Below, in pieces: positions 38,480-54,899 of a DNA stretch of 64,000 nt (the stretch's first letter is position 1; each line of letters opens with the position of its first letter). Under the pieces are notes generated by a model that worked only from the letters and a program-made list of their open reading frames with translations, made no database searches and was not told the DNA's origin. Where the stretch lies: NCBI GenBank assembly GCA_964016885.1, contig OZ024741.1, positions 77,004,001 through 77,068,000 of the forward strand, written 5' to 3'. The position numbers and the translations under genes were made by a program. The DNA comes from Eledone cirrhosa (taxonomy: Eukaryota).

Positions 38480-41064
38480 ATGATAGATATGTACGCATAG
38501 TTTTCAAGACATGTGAAGATTGCACCCTATTTTCCTTGGACAATATCCAAGCAATGTGCCGATTGGAGAGAAGAGTTATCTATTCAACCCCTTTATTCAA
38601 AGACATCCCCATTGATGACTCCCGAGAATGTCGCAGCTGGTCAATTGGTAACTACATAAGTCTGTTGAGCAACAAATCATCCTGTGAGGCTTTAGAATTA
38701 CAAGATGTAGCATTTGTTCTGGACATGCTAAAAGAGTGTGCAAAGTTTTACCGTAATTACTCTTTCAGTGCGTATTGTTATGACTGCGTTGATGTTCCTT
38801 ATTTATGTAAACAGCATGATGCTGTTTACCACATTCTTCATTACCTCACTGACACTGAATTTACTTCCATTAGCACAGAACATTTGCCAACTTTGAAATA
38901 CGCAGTTTCTTTTCTACCAATTAGGAGCCACAACCCTGAGACTGATAACCTCTTTGAGCACATTGAAAAGCAAAACCTCCATGAAGACAATGTAGAATTA
39001 ATTGGAGCTTATTTTGGAATCAAAAATTTTCTGTTTACAAAATATCTTTGGTCTGATAGTATTTGGATTATCGTAACTGCAGTTAGCATTTTTCTTTCAA
39101 TATGGTTTTATTCATTGTCTCTTTTCATCACATTTATGACATTTCTGGCAATATTCTGGTCACTCATCTTTGCATACTTCTTCTATATCTTTATTCTTGG
39201 AATTGAGTTCTTCCCATACTTGAATATGGTCACTCTTATGATAATGGTTGGAATCGGTGCTGATGATACATTTATCTACTGCAGGCTTTGGAGCCAAGCA
39301 AAAATTGAGAAGAAAGACAGGAATTTAGAGGAAATGGTTACCATTACACTTAGACATGCTGTTATGTCAATGCTTGTGTCAAGCTTAACAACTGCTGCTG
39401 CTTTCCTTGCCAATGCAATTAGTGACATCATTGCAATTCGTTGCTTTAGCATTTATGTTGGGACATCGGTTATGTGTAATTTTTTTCTCATGGTCACCTG
39501 GATGCCTGCTACTATTGTTCTTTATGAGAACCACTGCTCAAAAATCCATTGTACAGGAACCGTCAGCAAAGTTCAAAACTTTTCATGCCACGGATGTAAA
39601 TTTTTGTCAAATATTTCACAAAAGTTTTTTAAAGAATTTCTACCAAATCAAATTGTCAAGTATTGGTATATTTTTTTGCTTTTCTTTGGAATGCTTGGCA
39701 TAGCTTCAGCTGTTACTGTATTCTTCTATCCTGGAGTGAGATTACCAACTAAAGAAAAATTCCAATACTTTTCATCTAACCACCTCCTGGAAGCCTATGA
39801 CCTTGAACTGTCAAATCACTTTTGGTTTGAGAAAGAATATATCGATTGGTTTCAATACATGCCTATCGCTGTTGTTTGGGGGATAATGCCCAAAGACAAT
39901 GGTCATATTTTGAACCCTTATGACTCTGGAACGTTAGAATTTGACAATAATTTTAGCCTAGAATCAGCTGCCGCCCAAACCTGGTTGATGGATTTCTGTG
40001 GCAGAATACGCCAACAACCCTTTTACCAGAATACTCCTGGTGAAGCAATAACTAATTGTTTCTTTGAAAACTTCCGGAATTACATGCGCACACCATGTAT
40101 TGGTAAACATCGCAAGCTGCAAGGCTGCTGCAATATTACTGATTTCCCATACAGTGCTGAACTTCTGAAGAAATGCCTTGAAGTGTATATTCCCATACTG
40201 ATGAATACTCCTTACATTGGGCCTTACTATTACAAACATCTCTCTGGACCAAGATTTCAGGATGAACATATGCGGGCTTTTTCTGTAAAGTTCAGCAGTA
40301 CAACTCCTTACACATTTGCTTACGAAAAGCTTCACATGTTTTATAGTGAAGTCAATGAGTGGGTGCAGAAAGAGATGAAAGGTGCCCCGCATGAACTCTC
40401 CCGTGGTTGGTTTATCAGTCACTTAGGTTTCTATGATTTACAAAATAGCATCCTGCATGGTCTGCCGATAGCCATGGCTCTGTCCCTGGGTGTTGCAGGA
40501 GCTGTGATATTTCTGACAACTCTGAATGTACTCCTGAGTATTTATGCCATGTTTTCAGTCACCTTTACTATTCTTACTACTATTGCTTTCCTTATTCTTC
40601 TCGGCTGGGAACTGAATATCCTAGAGTCATTAGTCATCACCATAGCCATCGGCATGTCAATAGACTTCACCCTTCATTACAGTGTAGCTTATCGACTATC
40701 AACTCACACTGAGAGGAACTATCGTGTCATTTCATCCATCTCTTCCGTTGGATCTGCTATTGCGATGGCATCCTTCACAACGTTTCTTGCTGGCTTACTA
40801 ATGTATCCTGCAACTGTTTTGGTTTTTAGACAATTTGGAATCTTTCTCATGATCATTACATCAAGCAGCTGGTTATATGCCACTTTTTTTTTTCAGTCAT
40901 TGTTGTGTGTGCTTGGACCAAGGGGAAATTTCAGTCAGTTTTATTGGCACCGATTCAACTGCTGCTTAAAGTTCTCTCCTGAATCAGATCCTTCACCTTT
41001 GAATGAAAGTCCAGATGATAGAAACATTGAATTAAGCAATAATTTGGAATCTCCTGAAATGTAG
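38480..41064 (+). CDS. disp: Dispatched terminal coding exon (ECD1, sterol-sensing domain, ECD2, TM2-12)
   Basis: tttcag acceptor in frame (DDRYVRIVF); CRSWSIGNYISLL, FFPYLN, GIGADD, IRCF, GMSIDFTLHYSVAY, LGPRG motifs of the Dispatched family. Confidence 0.95.
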
Positions 41065-41869
41065 CATATTTTGTAATGTAGAGGAGGTTGAATGACATGG
41101 TAAATATTGCACCTTTTGCCTTCTGGGTTTAAATCCTACAGAAGTTTACTTTGCATTTCATTCCTTAAATGTAGATAAAATAAATACCAGTTATATACTG
41201 AGGTTAATTCAATTGATTATATGTCCTCTTTTTATAAAAATTAACTTTGTATGCCCTACTCAAAATAAATTGACTTTTAGTTGTTGTTTAGACCTAGGTC
41301 AACTTTGATCAAGCAAAGCAAACCATTCCAGCTATCATTATCTGGTCTTTTATTCAGACATACTGCATCTAATGTGTAACTGCTGTTGTTTTGTTTCAGC
41401 TCAGATATGACTGAGCAGATATTTGATGAAAAGTGTTTTAGAAATGATCATCCTGCCTTTTTTCTTCAGACATAGTGTATCTAGAACTATGTTATCTAAT
41501 ATATCCTTTTTAAAGATGGAAGGGATATAATTTAAGGGAGATTTGGCTGTCATTTCTAACAGGTAATCTTGAAATTTCCTTAATGTTGTTTAATATGTAA
41601 ACATTTTTGAGAGCAAATTTTCATTAACCCTTTAGAATTTACATTACTCTATTATATTTTCATGGTAAAGGTTTTATCTTATAAATATCTCACATAATAT
41701 GGAACCTACGAGATTTTGATGATGTCATTATTTATTTTGAGAACAATACCTTAATGTCAGTATAAGTGGCCGGTTATGGCCAGTTTGAACAGAAAGAGGT
41801 GAGAGAATTTTGGCCGAATATGGCTGGTTTAAATGCTAAAGGGTTAATCAGATACATTAACTCCCTACC

Positions 41870-42480
41870 TATTAATAATTTGTCTGGATAATGTACTTTG
41901 AATGTCAGTTGACAAGATGAAAGAAAATGGCTTCACTTTGAAAACAGAGAAGAGAAGCAGACATTATCCAACTGAAACCATTACAAATGCTGACTATTCA
42001 GATGATCTTGCAATGATATTGGATACAGCCCGTGAAGCAGAATCCCTGCTATACAGTTTAGAGAGAGCAGCCAGGGGTATCATATTCTATTTGAATGTAG
42101 ACAAAAGAGAATACATCTATTGTATCCATGATGGCAGTAGAAATTCACTAGCCAGTAAACCACTGAGGGTAGTTGACAAGTTCGCCTACCTTGGAAGCAA
42201 AATCTCGAAACAAGCCTCACCGAAAGCAATATAAACACACACATCAGCAAAGCTTGGGATGTGCCTTGGATAAAATGACAATAATTTGGAAATTGAAGCT
42301 CCCCAAACAAATGAAATGTGAATTCTTCCAAGTGACAGTGGAGCCAATCATGTTGTATGGGTGTACTATGTGGATACTCACCAAGCAACTCAAGAAGAAA
42401 CTTGATGGAATGTACACAAAATGCTCAAAGTGGCTTTAAACATATCCTGGAAGCACCACCTTACAAAATAGCAACTTGCA
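41870..42480 (+). mobile_element. Degraded RTE fragment (relative of 58010-59560)
   Basis: GFTLK..RSRHYP..NADYSDD, VEPIMLYGCTMWILTK. Confidence 0.7.
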
Positions 42481-43329
42481 CAAAATCACCTCTCGAAGAT
42501 GATGACACAGTATCGAGATCTCTGGCGTTATGAAGACCTGCCTTCCCATGTGTATGGGTTGAGGAATACATCTTGAGCGCACTACTTGCTCCCTCTCCCT
42601 TCCATACACCTCAACGCCCTAACAACCCTCCCCGTCCACATTCCCCCCAACAACCCTCCCCGTCCACACCCTCTCTCACACGCCCATAGATCAACCCCCC
42701 CCCCGCCCCCAAGTCCCCAGCCCACACTGTAAATTAGTCTTGTAGGTGTCACAACAAAAAGCGTCCAGCCCACACTGTACAGTGGTCATGTAGGTATCGC
42801 AACAAAAAGCAACCAGCACACACTGTAAAGTGGTCATGTAGGTGTCATGACAAAAACGCCCATCCCACACTGTAAAGTAGTTGCGTATGTGTCACAACAA
42901 AAAGCACCCAGCACACTGTAAATGCAGTTGGTGTTAGGAAGAGCATCCAGCCTTAGAAGCCAAGCCCAAACCTTTTTCCTTCTAAAATTTTGATCTCTTT
43001 GACCACTTGATCTGGTGATGTGTCCAAAACACATTCATACTCCATTGTTCAATGGACAGTTCCTGAAGCACTACTGTCTTAGACTCTGCCTTAAAGTGAT
43101 TTAATTGATCAAATCGAACCCCAGTTCATTTTCACACACACACACATGATGGGCTTCTATACTTTCCATCTACCAAATTTCAATTACGAAGCATTAACCA
43201 ACCCAAGATTATAATTGTATACACTTGACCAAGATGGCATACAGCAGGGGTGTACCTGAAACCTCTTGGTTGTGAAGTGAACTCCTTAACCACACAGCCA
43301 TACCTGTGGCTTTATGTCTGTGCATGATG

Positions 43330-43800
43330 TTTTTAGTTGTTTTAGATAGAGGTAATTCTCAAACCATAGAGTTCACTAAGTATTCATTTTCTTGTTAGAT
43401 TCACACTTTTCACTGCTTTGTTAGCAAAGATGGATTCAGGTAAAATATATTTATGTTCTCTGAGTTTTACAACAAGACGATCAGACTGAATGAGATAGTC
43501 AGTTACTGACATGACTTTTGGTAGGTGAGATCATTCATAACACTCATTGACACTAAATGTTGACGGATTAGCGTCCTCTAAGAAAAGTGTATCCAAGTTT
43601 TGGTAGAGTTGCTTACCTTCTCTCAGCACATGAGATGTCGATATTTTGACAACTGCTTCTCTTGTTTTCCCTTCTAAACTCGAACATACGTCTTTTAAAC
43701 TCAAAAGTTAAGACCAATTTCCAGATTTCCATTTCTTTTCTCCTATAAATTATATTTCTAGTGGAGAAGGGGTTAGGAATCTGAAAACCATGCTCTATTT
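43330..43800 (-). mobile_element. Possible degraded LTR-retrotransposon gag fragment
   Basis: Minus strand pieces EKEMEIWKLV and LEGKTREAVVKI..LYQNLDTLFLED; family recalled from memory only. Confidence 0.35.
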
Positions 43801-44739
43801 GTAGATCGTATGCTCTGCGACCAATGTTAATTCGCGATACTGTTGCTGAGAATCAAATTAATTTTGTTCACTTTAGATGCAAGCACCTTGATTCGTTAAA
43901 AGCTTCTAAGTAAAGTAACAATCAAAACATATTCTTTGTGAAAGTAGCAGTTTTTTCTTCCAAGGGAGCTCACTCCATTCCTTCACTCAGTGTTATTTTC
44001 TTTTTTTCAAGTTGTCTCTCTTGAAATTTAAATAAGCACCTAAGCTTTTTACTTCATGTTTTTAGTCACCGACTATGTCAAACACGCTGCGCTTCTGTAT
44101 AGTGGCATCTTATCAAACCCATATTAAACTCTTAATGGACACGTATCCACCACTATGTGGTAAAAATCTGACTTGACTACAAAAAATGACGACACAGCCA
44201 CTATAGATAATAAAAAAACGATGAATGGTTGAAGTTTAAACCAAACATTGATCTTGAAATATGTAAACTAGCAGCAGTATACATTGTTACCTTGGTTTAT
44301 TAAAACCTAAAATAAATACAATTATTGGATAAATCACTTTAAAAGATACTGACAAATTTCAGTAGGTTTGGGAATGTTGATTCACTCAGGATTATTGCAC
44401 ACAAGCAATTCACATGATGATTTAATTTCAACTTCAGTATTGCAAATATAGAATAAATAAATATAGAACTTTTTTAAATATAGTATTTTTTCCGGGGGAA
44501 AAAAAATCATCAAAATACTGCTCTATTTAATATATATATATAATCATCATCATCTAAGCGTCACAACAAAAAGCACCCAGTACTCACTGTAAATGAGGTT
44601 GGTGCTAGGAAGAGCATCCAGCTGTAGAAACCAAGCCTAAATCGGTTCTGTATGAGCATGACGTGGTCACCTGACCTAACACTGCTCACAACTCGTCTAA
44701 CCTATGCCAGCATGGAAAAATGGACATTGAAGCATTGTA

Positions 44740-45690
44740 GAATATGAAACTAAAAAGTCTGTTTGTTTGTTTATAAAGTTGTTTAATGCAAGTGGGATAG
44801 ATTGCCATGGTAATAAGTCAGAAGGGAATTGAGATATAGCAAAATAAAATAAACGAAGGACTGAAAGTTAGCTTAATTTAATATTTCAAAAATTTTTCGG
44901 ATTAACCATCCATTATCAAGGAAGGGGGAGGGGTCTTTGGAGAAAATAAAACCCAAGATTTTTCTTGTGGCCATTTATTTTATTTTTTTTAAATAACGGT
45001 TGTGTTGGGTTTTGTTTGTGCATGTACAAAATAAGCACATGCTGTTAATATTTATATGTATTGGTTTGAGTGTATGTATATGACATGTTTGTGTGCATGG
45101 ATGTAAGTGTGTATATGTGTAAATATGTGTGAGTATATAAATACATATGTATGTATGTAAATACAGTGACATATTTGTGTGTATGTGTGTATAAGAACGT
45201 GTGTGTATATAAGCACGTGTGCATGTAGATATGCATGTATATGTAGGATGGCTTAAGCTAGATCAGCCACTGTACCTTGTTCCTTTCCATTTTAATATTA
45301 ATGGGGAGGGGGAGGCTGAAGCCATTTAATCTTGAGGGCCTCTTTGATTCTCAGGATGCCTATACTGCATTCAGTAGCTAAGATGGTGGTGGTTAATTTT
45401 TATCCTTGTTTTTGCATTGAGAATATGATTGTGGAACGATGAGGAGTTAATGGTGATGTGTTCTTTTATTCTGAGGTGCTGGGGTCGAATTGTGTTGCTG
45501 ATGTTGAATTGGCTGTACTTGCCACATTCCAACTTGTATACCACATAGGCATGCAAGCAATGGGGCAATTGCTTATGGTGCATGTGTTCTCCTTAGTGAG
45601 AGGCTGTCTTTTAGATAGGCATCTCCACAGGGAAGGTACTGAATGGGCCAGTTTGATGTGATGTCTTTCCTCTAGATGGCCTTGCATATG
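44740..45690 (-). mobile_element. Degraded Penelope-like 3' part
   Basis: CTISNCP, VVYKLECGKYSQFNISNTIRPQHLRIKEH, LRIKEALKIK; decayed hammerhead at ~44885-44922. Confidence 0.7.
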
Positions 45691-46760
45691 TCGTTGGTTG
45701 TTTCTTTGCTGAGGTTTGGAATCCTAAAGAAGCATATCTATATGGAAGAGGCACCATTGAGCAGATCCTAGCTATTGAACAAATCATTGAGAAATCAATA
45801 GAATTCAAGAACCCTGTGTACATCACCTTCATTGATTTTGCAAAAGCTTTTGACAACGTAAAAACTACCCAGCTTCTGGCAACTCTTAAACAAGACCTCA
45901 ATTAACAAAAAATACATCAACCTACTGAAAGAAACTTACACCAACTCAACAGCTTATATCAAAACAGATTTGGGAATTACACTGTGTATAGACATCTTGA
46001 AAGGAGTTAAGCAGGGGGAGCTACTATCAGCACTTCTTTTCTGTATAGTTATAGCTGCACTTATCTACCAAACTGAAGAAGAATGCTCCTCTAGCTATAA
46101 AATAGGAGGTAAAATCCTATCAATGCTATGCAGATGATCTGGCCATCATGAGTTACTCTATAACTGATTTGCAAGACTTTCTGAATGTACATTTGCTGGA
46201 GGCTGACTTATAAATCAACATCTCCAAAACAAAGTGTATGACAACTGATAAAAACAATGCCAATCTCCATCTCACAATCTATAACCAGCAAATTACTCAA
46301 GTTACAGAGTTTGTATATCTCTGTCACAAACTATCATCAAACAACAATGGAATGGTTACTGTGCAGTATCGCATCGCTCTAGGTTGGGCAGCTTTCAACA
46401 AGAACAAGGAAGTACTAACATCAAAACTAGTTTCCTACCATTTGAAGGCTAAGATCTTTGATACTTACATCCTACCAGTTGTGTTATATGGTTTGGACTG
46501 TTAATTGAATGGCAAGGTCACTTCAGAAGCTCTCTACATTCCAGAACCACATCATGAAACTTATGACTGGCAAACAGCTCAGTAACCGTATCTGTATCAG
46601 TGAGCTGCTCAACATTACCAGACTTAAACCAATTACATCAATTGTCAAGTCAAGAGTACTCAAACTATACGGTCATATAAAAAGATCAATTCGAGGTGTG
46701 AGTAGGTTATGCTTGGAAGGAAGGTTGGCTGGTAATACAAGCAGAGGCTGGTGATCGAAC
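45690..46760 (+). mobile_element. Degraded RTE-like LINE
   Basis: FIDFAKAFDNV, GVKQGELLSALLF, YADD, YILPVVLYG, LKLYGHI. Confidence 0.8.
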
Positions 46761-47982
46761 TTTGTAGAGAAAAATAACTCATGTTGATATGCAGTCTGCA
46801 ACTGGGTGAGTTTAGCGTATATTCGACCGCCCCCCTCCCCTACACATATCCCCCACTAACACCACTAACCCACCCCTCCTTTTCACCGCCCACCCCACAA
46901 CTAACAATACTAACACCCCCACTCCACCCCTCATCCGACCACCCTTCCCCAACTAACATACTAACATCCCTCCCTTCTTCTCCCCCCCCCTCATCACACA
47001 CACACACCCACCGGCACATATATACACGCGCTCACACTAAACACACACCCTACTACCACCACTAACCCTCACCCCCACACATCCACCCCACCTCCCCGCA
47101 ACTAACATCACTAACACCCCAAGCACACGAACACATGCACCCACTTACACCACCCACCCTACACGCAACTAACATCACTAACACCCCTCCAACCCCACGC
47201 ACCCCTCCAACCCCACGCACACGTACACACACACCCTCTTACACCACCAACTCTACACACCCTACCACCACTGACCCCCACTCACACCTGCATTCAACCC
47301 TTTCTCCACCTCCTGTATACTAACACCCACTAACACCCCCTTCATCAAACTACACACACACCAGTACACCACACTCCCTCCATCGACCCCCACACCCTTC
47401 TCTCCCCGCTCCACCCACACCCTTTCTCCAACACTCACTCATCCCACTAACACCTCTACTAATATACACACACACACCCTCCTCACTCCTACTTTCACAC
47501 CTACCCATCCTCGCCCCTTCACCATTCCACTCTACTGCTGCTATGCCTTCTGACCACCTCCCAGCACACACAGACACACAGCACTCCTACTGCCTTGACC
47601 ACTTCCTGTTGCGCGCACACCCCACATCTCCCCTCTTCCGACCATCTCTTCACGGATTCCTCGTATGTGGACCTTGACCGCGGAATCAACTACCATCCTA
47701 GGATTTTACCAACCTTTCCACCACATCTTCTTACGGAATCACCTTCATGACTCACCCACACACACCCAAAAAAAATTTTTTTTCCCACACGCCACCTACA
47801 CCCACAACACACTTAAACACCACACACACGTGCGTTCCGCCACATATTTACACATTCAGCCTCCGGATTCCTCTCCCCCCCACCCCTCTATCCACACACG
47901 CACACACACTCCGACCTACACCCCACCCCACACACACCTCTTCCTGAACATGCAACCCCGTTCTTCCCCCAACCCTTGCTTT

Positions 47983-48013
<31 letters not shown>

Positions 48014-48290
48014 GTACACCTACACACACACACCACCTTCAGCCCTCCCCGCTCGGACACCCCGTCTCCCTCTCCCCACTCCACCCGCCACCACCCCTAC
48101 ACGCCCCACACCCTTCCACCACCCCTACACGCCTCACACCCTTCCACCACCTGTTTACCCCATTTTAATTTTATTTTGATCATGTTTTTATTTTTATTTT
48201 CATTAGCACCGTTTCCTCCCACCCCCTTTTTGCTATGTCTCTCCACCACTCCCCTACACACCCTTTGAACTCTCTTCCCACACACTTTTC

Positions 48291-48322
48291 ACCTGAAGAA
48301 GGGCTTATGCCCGAAACGTCGT
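48291..48322 (+). ncRNA. Minimal type I hammerhead ribozyme, canonical core
   Basis: ac-CTGAAGA-a-gggc ttat gccc-GAAA-c-GTC-gt; AATAAA ~36 nt downstream. Confidence 0.8.
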
Positions 48323-49598
48323 TCCCCACCACCACCCCACTCTCAAGAGCGTGAAATTAATAAACATTCGTTGTACTGCCTCTCTGTTTTGTTCCTGTTC
48401 AAATTTTCCATTATATATATATATATATACACACACATACATATATAACAATGTATGTTTTGTTTGAAATATATAAATTCAACTTTCTGCTCACTCTCCA
48501 ACTGCCTGTCTCACACATACACACACAAAATATGTTTAAAACAAAAAAAAAAGAGAAAGACAGAAAATATATAAGTTTAAAAAGTTTTATTTTTATAATT
48601 TCAAGTTTCTTCTACTAATCTTGTTTGTATTTTTTAAAGCTAAATTGTCAAATAAATCTTTTTAAAAAATCCACTGTTATCATTATAATAGTTGTTATTA
48701 TTTGGATCATGTGTTTTCCATGTACCACAATTCCAATAAATAATCACCATATCTTGTGTAGATTTAAAGTCTTCAATGCTAGTGTAACATTTAGTGTTCA
48801 GCATATTCTTGACTTAATATTTTCACCTGCTTATTAATTATAACTTTTACCCATCATTATCTTAATCAATGTTTTTTTTTTTAAAGATAAAATATAAAAA
48901 AGATTAATAATGATATGGCCACGAATTTTTATTGGTATAAGTCAATAAAATTGGCCTTCAGAACTTGATAGCTTCCACTAAAGGATGAAAGGTGGAATTT
49001 GAATTTGGAATATAAAGACGTGTTACTAAAATCACTCAGAGCATTTTGCTTGGTGCTCTATCCATTCTGCCATCCATTATTCTCAGGTTGATGAAATAAT
49101 GTTATTTAACATAGGCATTATTTTTATGGGGTAAAATTATTATTCTTTGAATGATTATTATATTTAAAATAAGTTAAAGTATGTCTGTTCTAAGCCTAGA
49201 GGCTCATGACAGTGCAAGGTCATCAGCTATTGTTGATATTCTTTTTTTCAGTTGAGTGGATGAAGCAACATGAAAGGAAATACTTTGCTTCAGTGCCATT
49301 CAGTCTAAGAATTAATCTTACGACCTTATGACCATGAACGCAACACCCTAATCATTTGGCTACATGCCTTCAATTTTATATTCATTTGATTTTCAAACAG
49401 TAAAAATCTGGTTAAAACATGCACAGAAAAAAATGTGAAATAATTGAGGTTTGTTTTTTCTGTTGTTGATTTATAAAAACATTTTTTCATCGATATCCAA
49501 AATAGCAAAATTGTTTTTTGACTTAAGAATATCAGATCAGTGTGCTTCGCCCTATATTATACATGACCCAGTATTATAGGCCTATGTCTGCGTGCGTG

Positions 49599-49632
<34 letters not shown>

Positions 49633-49762
49633 TATATATATATACACATATATATATATACACATACATATATACATACACATATATATATATACATATA
49701 TATATATACACATATATATATATATATATATACGCACATATATTTAGACACACACACACACA

Positions 49763-49798
<36 letters not shown>

Positions 49799-49986
49799 TT
49801 AAAGTATATTACATAATAGTTTCCTGTTTCCTGCTCCAACAAGTAAATTTATATGATACAAATTACACCATGTAAATCTACATGTTGGAGCAGGAAACCA
49901 AATGGTAACCTATTATATAATATTTTATATGTAATTAATGAATATTATATAATTGGTCTCGGATGCTTAGTGCGTCCCTAAGCGGT

Positions 49987-50133
49987 TAGTTCCACAACTG
50001 TTAATACACCATTTCCAGATCATCAGCTCAGTTTAAATGAGATAACACGTTATCTCATTTAAACTGAGCTGATGATCTGTTTGAGGTGAAACAAATTATT
50101 CTTGGAAATGGTGTATTAACTGTTGTGGAACTA
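49987..50133. repeat. Long fold-back palindrome containing a hammerhead-like core
   Basis: Perfect ~30-bp inner arms around 'ac' (50047-48) and ~30-bp outer arms; CTGATGA at 50069, GAAA at 50088. Confidence 0.85.
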
Positions 50134-50471
50134 CTTCTACCAAACTCGTCCCATGGACTGAGTGCTCTACTACTGCGGATATAACCCACCAGTGTTCTAC
50201 CACTATATATATATATATAATTTATATATATATATATGTACACACATATATATATATATATATAATTTATATATATATATATATATATAATTTATATATA
50301 TATATATATATATATAATTTATATATATATATATATATATAATTTATATATATATATATATATAATTTATATATATATATATGTACACACACATATAAAT
50401 ATATATATATATATTAATTATATATATAATTTATATATATATATATATGTACACATATATATATATATATA

Positions 50472-50520
<49 letters not shown>

Positions 50521-50524
<4 letters not shown>

Positions 50525-50771
50525 TCATCATCATCATCATCAACGTTTAACGTCCGTGTTCCACGCTTGCATGGGTTTGGACGGGGGTAGTCCCACTTGA
50601 GGCAAGAGTGATTGTCTTGCTCGCATAGGACTGTCTGGCAGGTTTTCTACAGTTGGATGCCCTTCCTAACACCAACCACATTTACAGTGTGGGTCTGGGA
50701 GGTTTTTACCGTGTTGCCTACACGGCCACATTACAGCGTGGACTGTGTGTTTTTTTGTCGTGACACCTACA

Positions 50772-50817
<46 letters not shown>

Positions 50818-51062
50818 AGGCACATGGCTTAGTGGTTAGAGCATTGGCCTTGCAATTGAAAGGTTGTGAGTTCAATTCTCAGACCGAGTGAGGTGTTGTT
50901 TCCTTGAGCAAGACACTTTATTTCACATTGTTCCAGTTTACTCAGCTGTAGAAATGAGATTGGTGTTAGGAAGGGCATCCAGCTGTAGAAATCAAGCCAG
51001 AATCAGTTCCCATCCCACCTTTGCAAGCAGGGAAAAAGCGGACATAAAATGATGATGATGAT
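50521..51062. mobile_element. RTE 3' tail (-) 50521-50775 and SINE family 1 (+) 50815-51062
   Basis: Identity to other copies in the window. Confidence 0.85.
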
Positions 51063-51127
51063 ATGTACACACATATATATATATATGTACATATATATAT
51101 ATAATATATATATGTATATGTATATAT

Positions 51128-53270
<2,143 letters not shown>

Positions 53271-53288
53271 TATATATATATATCTATA

Positions 53289-53325
<37 letters not shown>

Positions 53326-53689
53326 GACCGTGACCTCTGGCGTCACGCAGTAATGCAGAGTACCCGACCTCTCATGGGTACAAGCTGAAGCATATAGACA
53401 ATATGCCCCCACACCCCCCACTGCAAAGTGGTCGTGGAGGTGCCACGGCAAAAAAGCACCCAGCCCACACTGTAAAGTGGACGTGTAGGCGCCACGAAAA
53501 AGCACCCAGCACTCACTGTAAATGAGGTAGGTGTTAGGAAGGGCATCCAGCTGTAGAAATCTAGCCAAATCAGTTCCTGTATGAGCAAGGCATGGTCAGC
53601 CGACCAGACACTGCCCACAACAGGACAACATGTCTAACCCATGCTAGCGTGGAAGAACAGACATAAAACGGTGGTGATGATGATGATGT

Positions 53690-54792
<1,103 letters not shown>

Positions 54793-54899
54793 AGGAGGTG
54801 AGTTTTTATTGTAGTACAATAAAGCAATGCAGATATCGGATAAGAAGCACTCTACAGTTTGTAGGGACTGAAGTATACATAATATATAAGAACAAAATC

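Noticed and set aside
39964-40422. Antisense and alternative-frame ORFs over the dispatched exon and over the RTE ORFs
   Set aside because: Shadow ORFs of real coding sequence without recognisable motifs
42715-42930. CRISPR-like ~40-bp periodic repeats (cccacactgtaaagtggtc...)
   Set aside because: Contiguous tandem subrepeats of the RTE/SINE 3' UTR, with no unique spacers or cas genes, in a eukaryotic context
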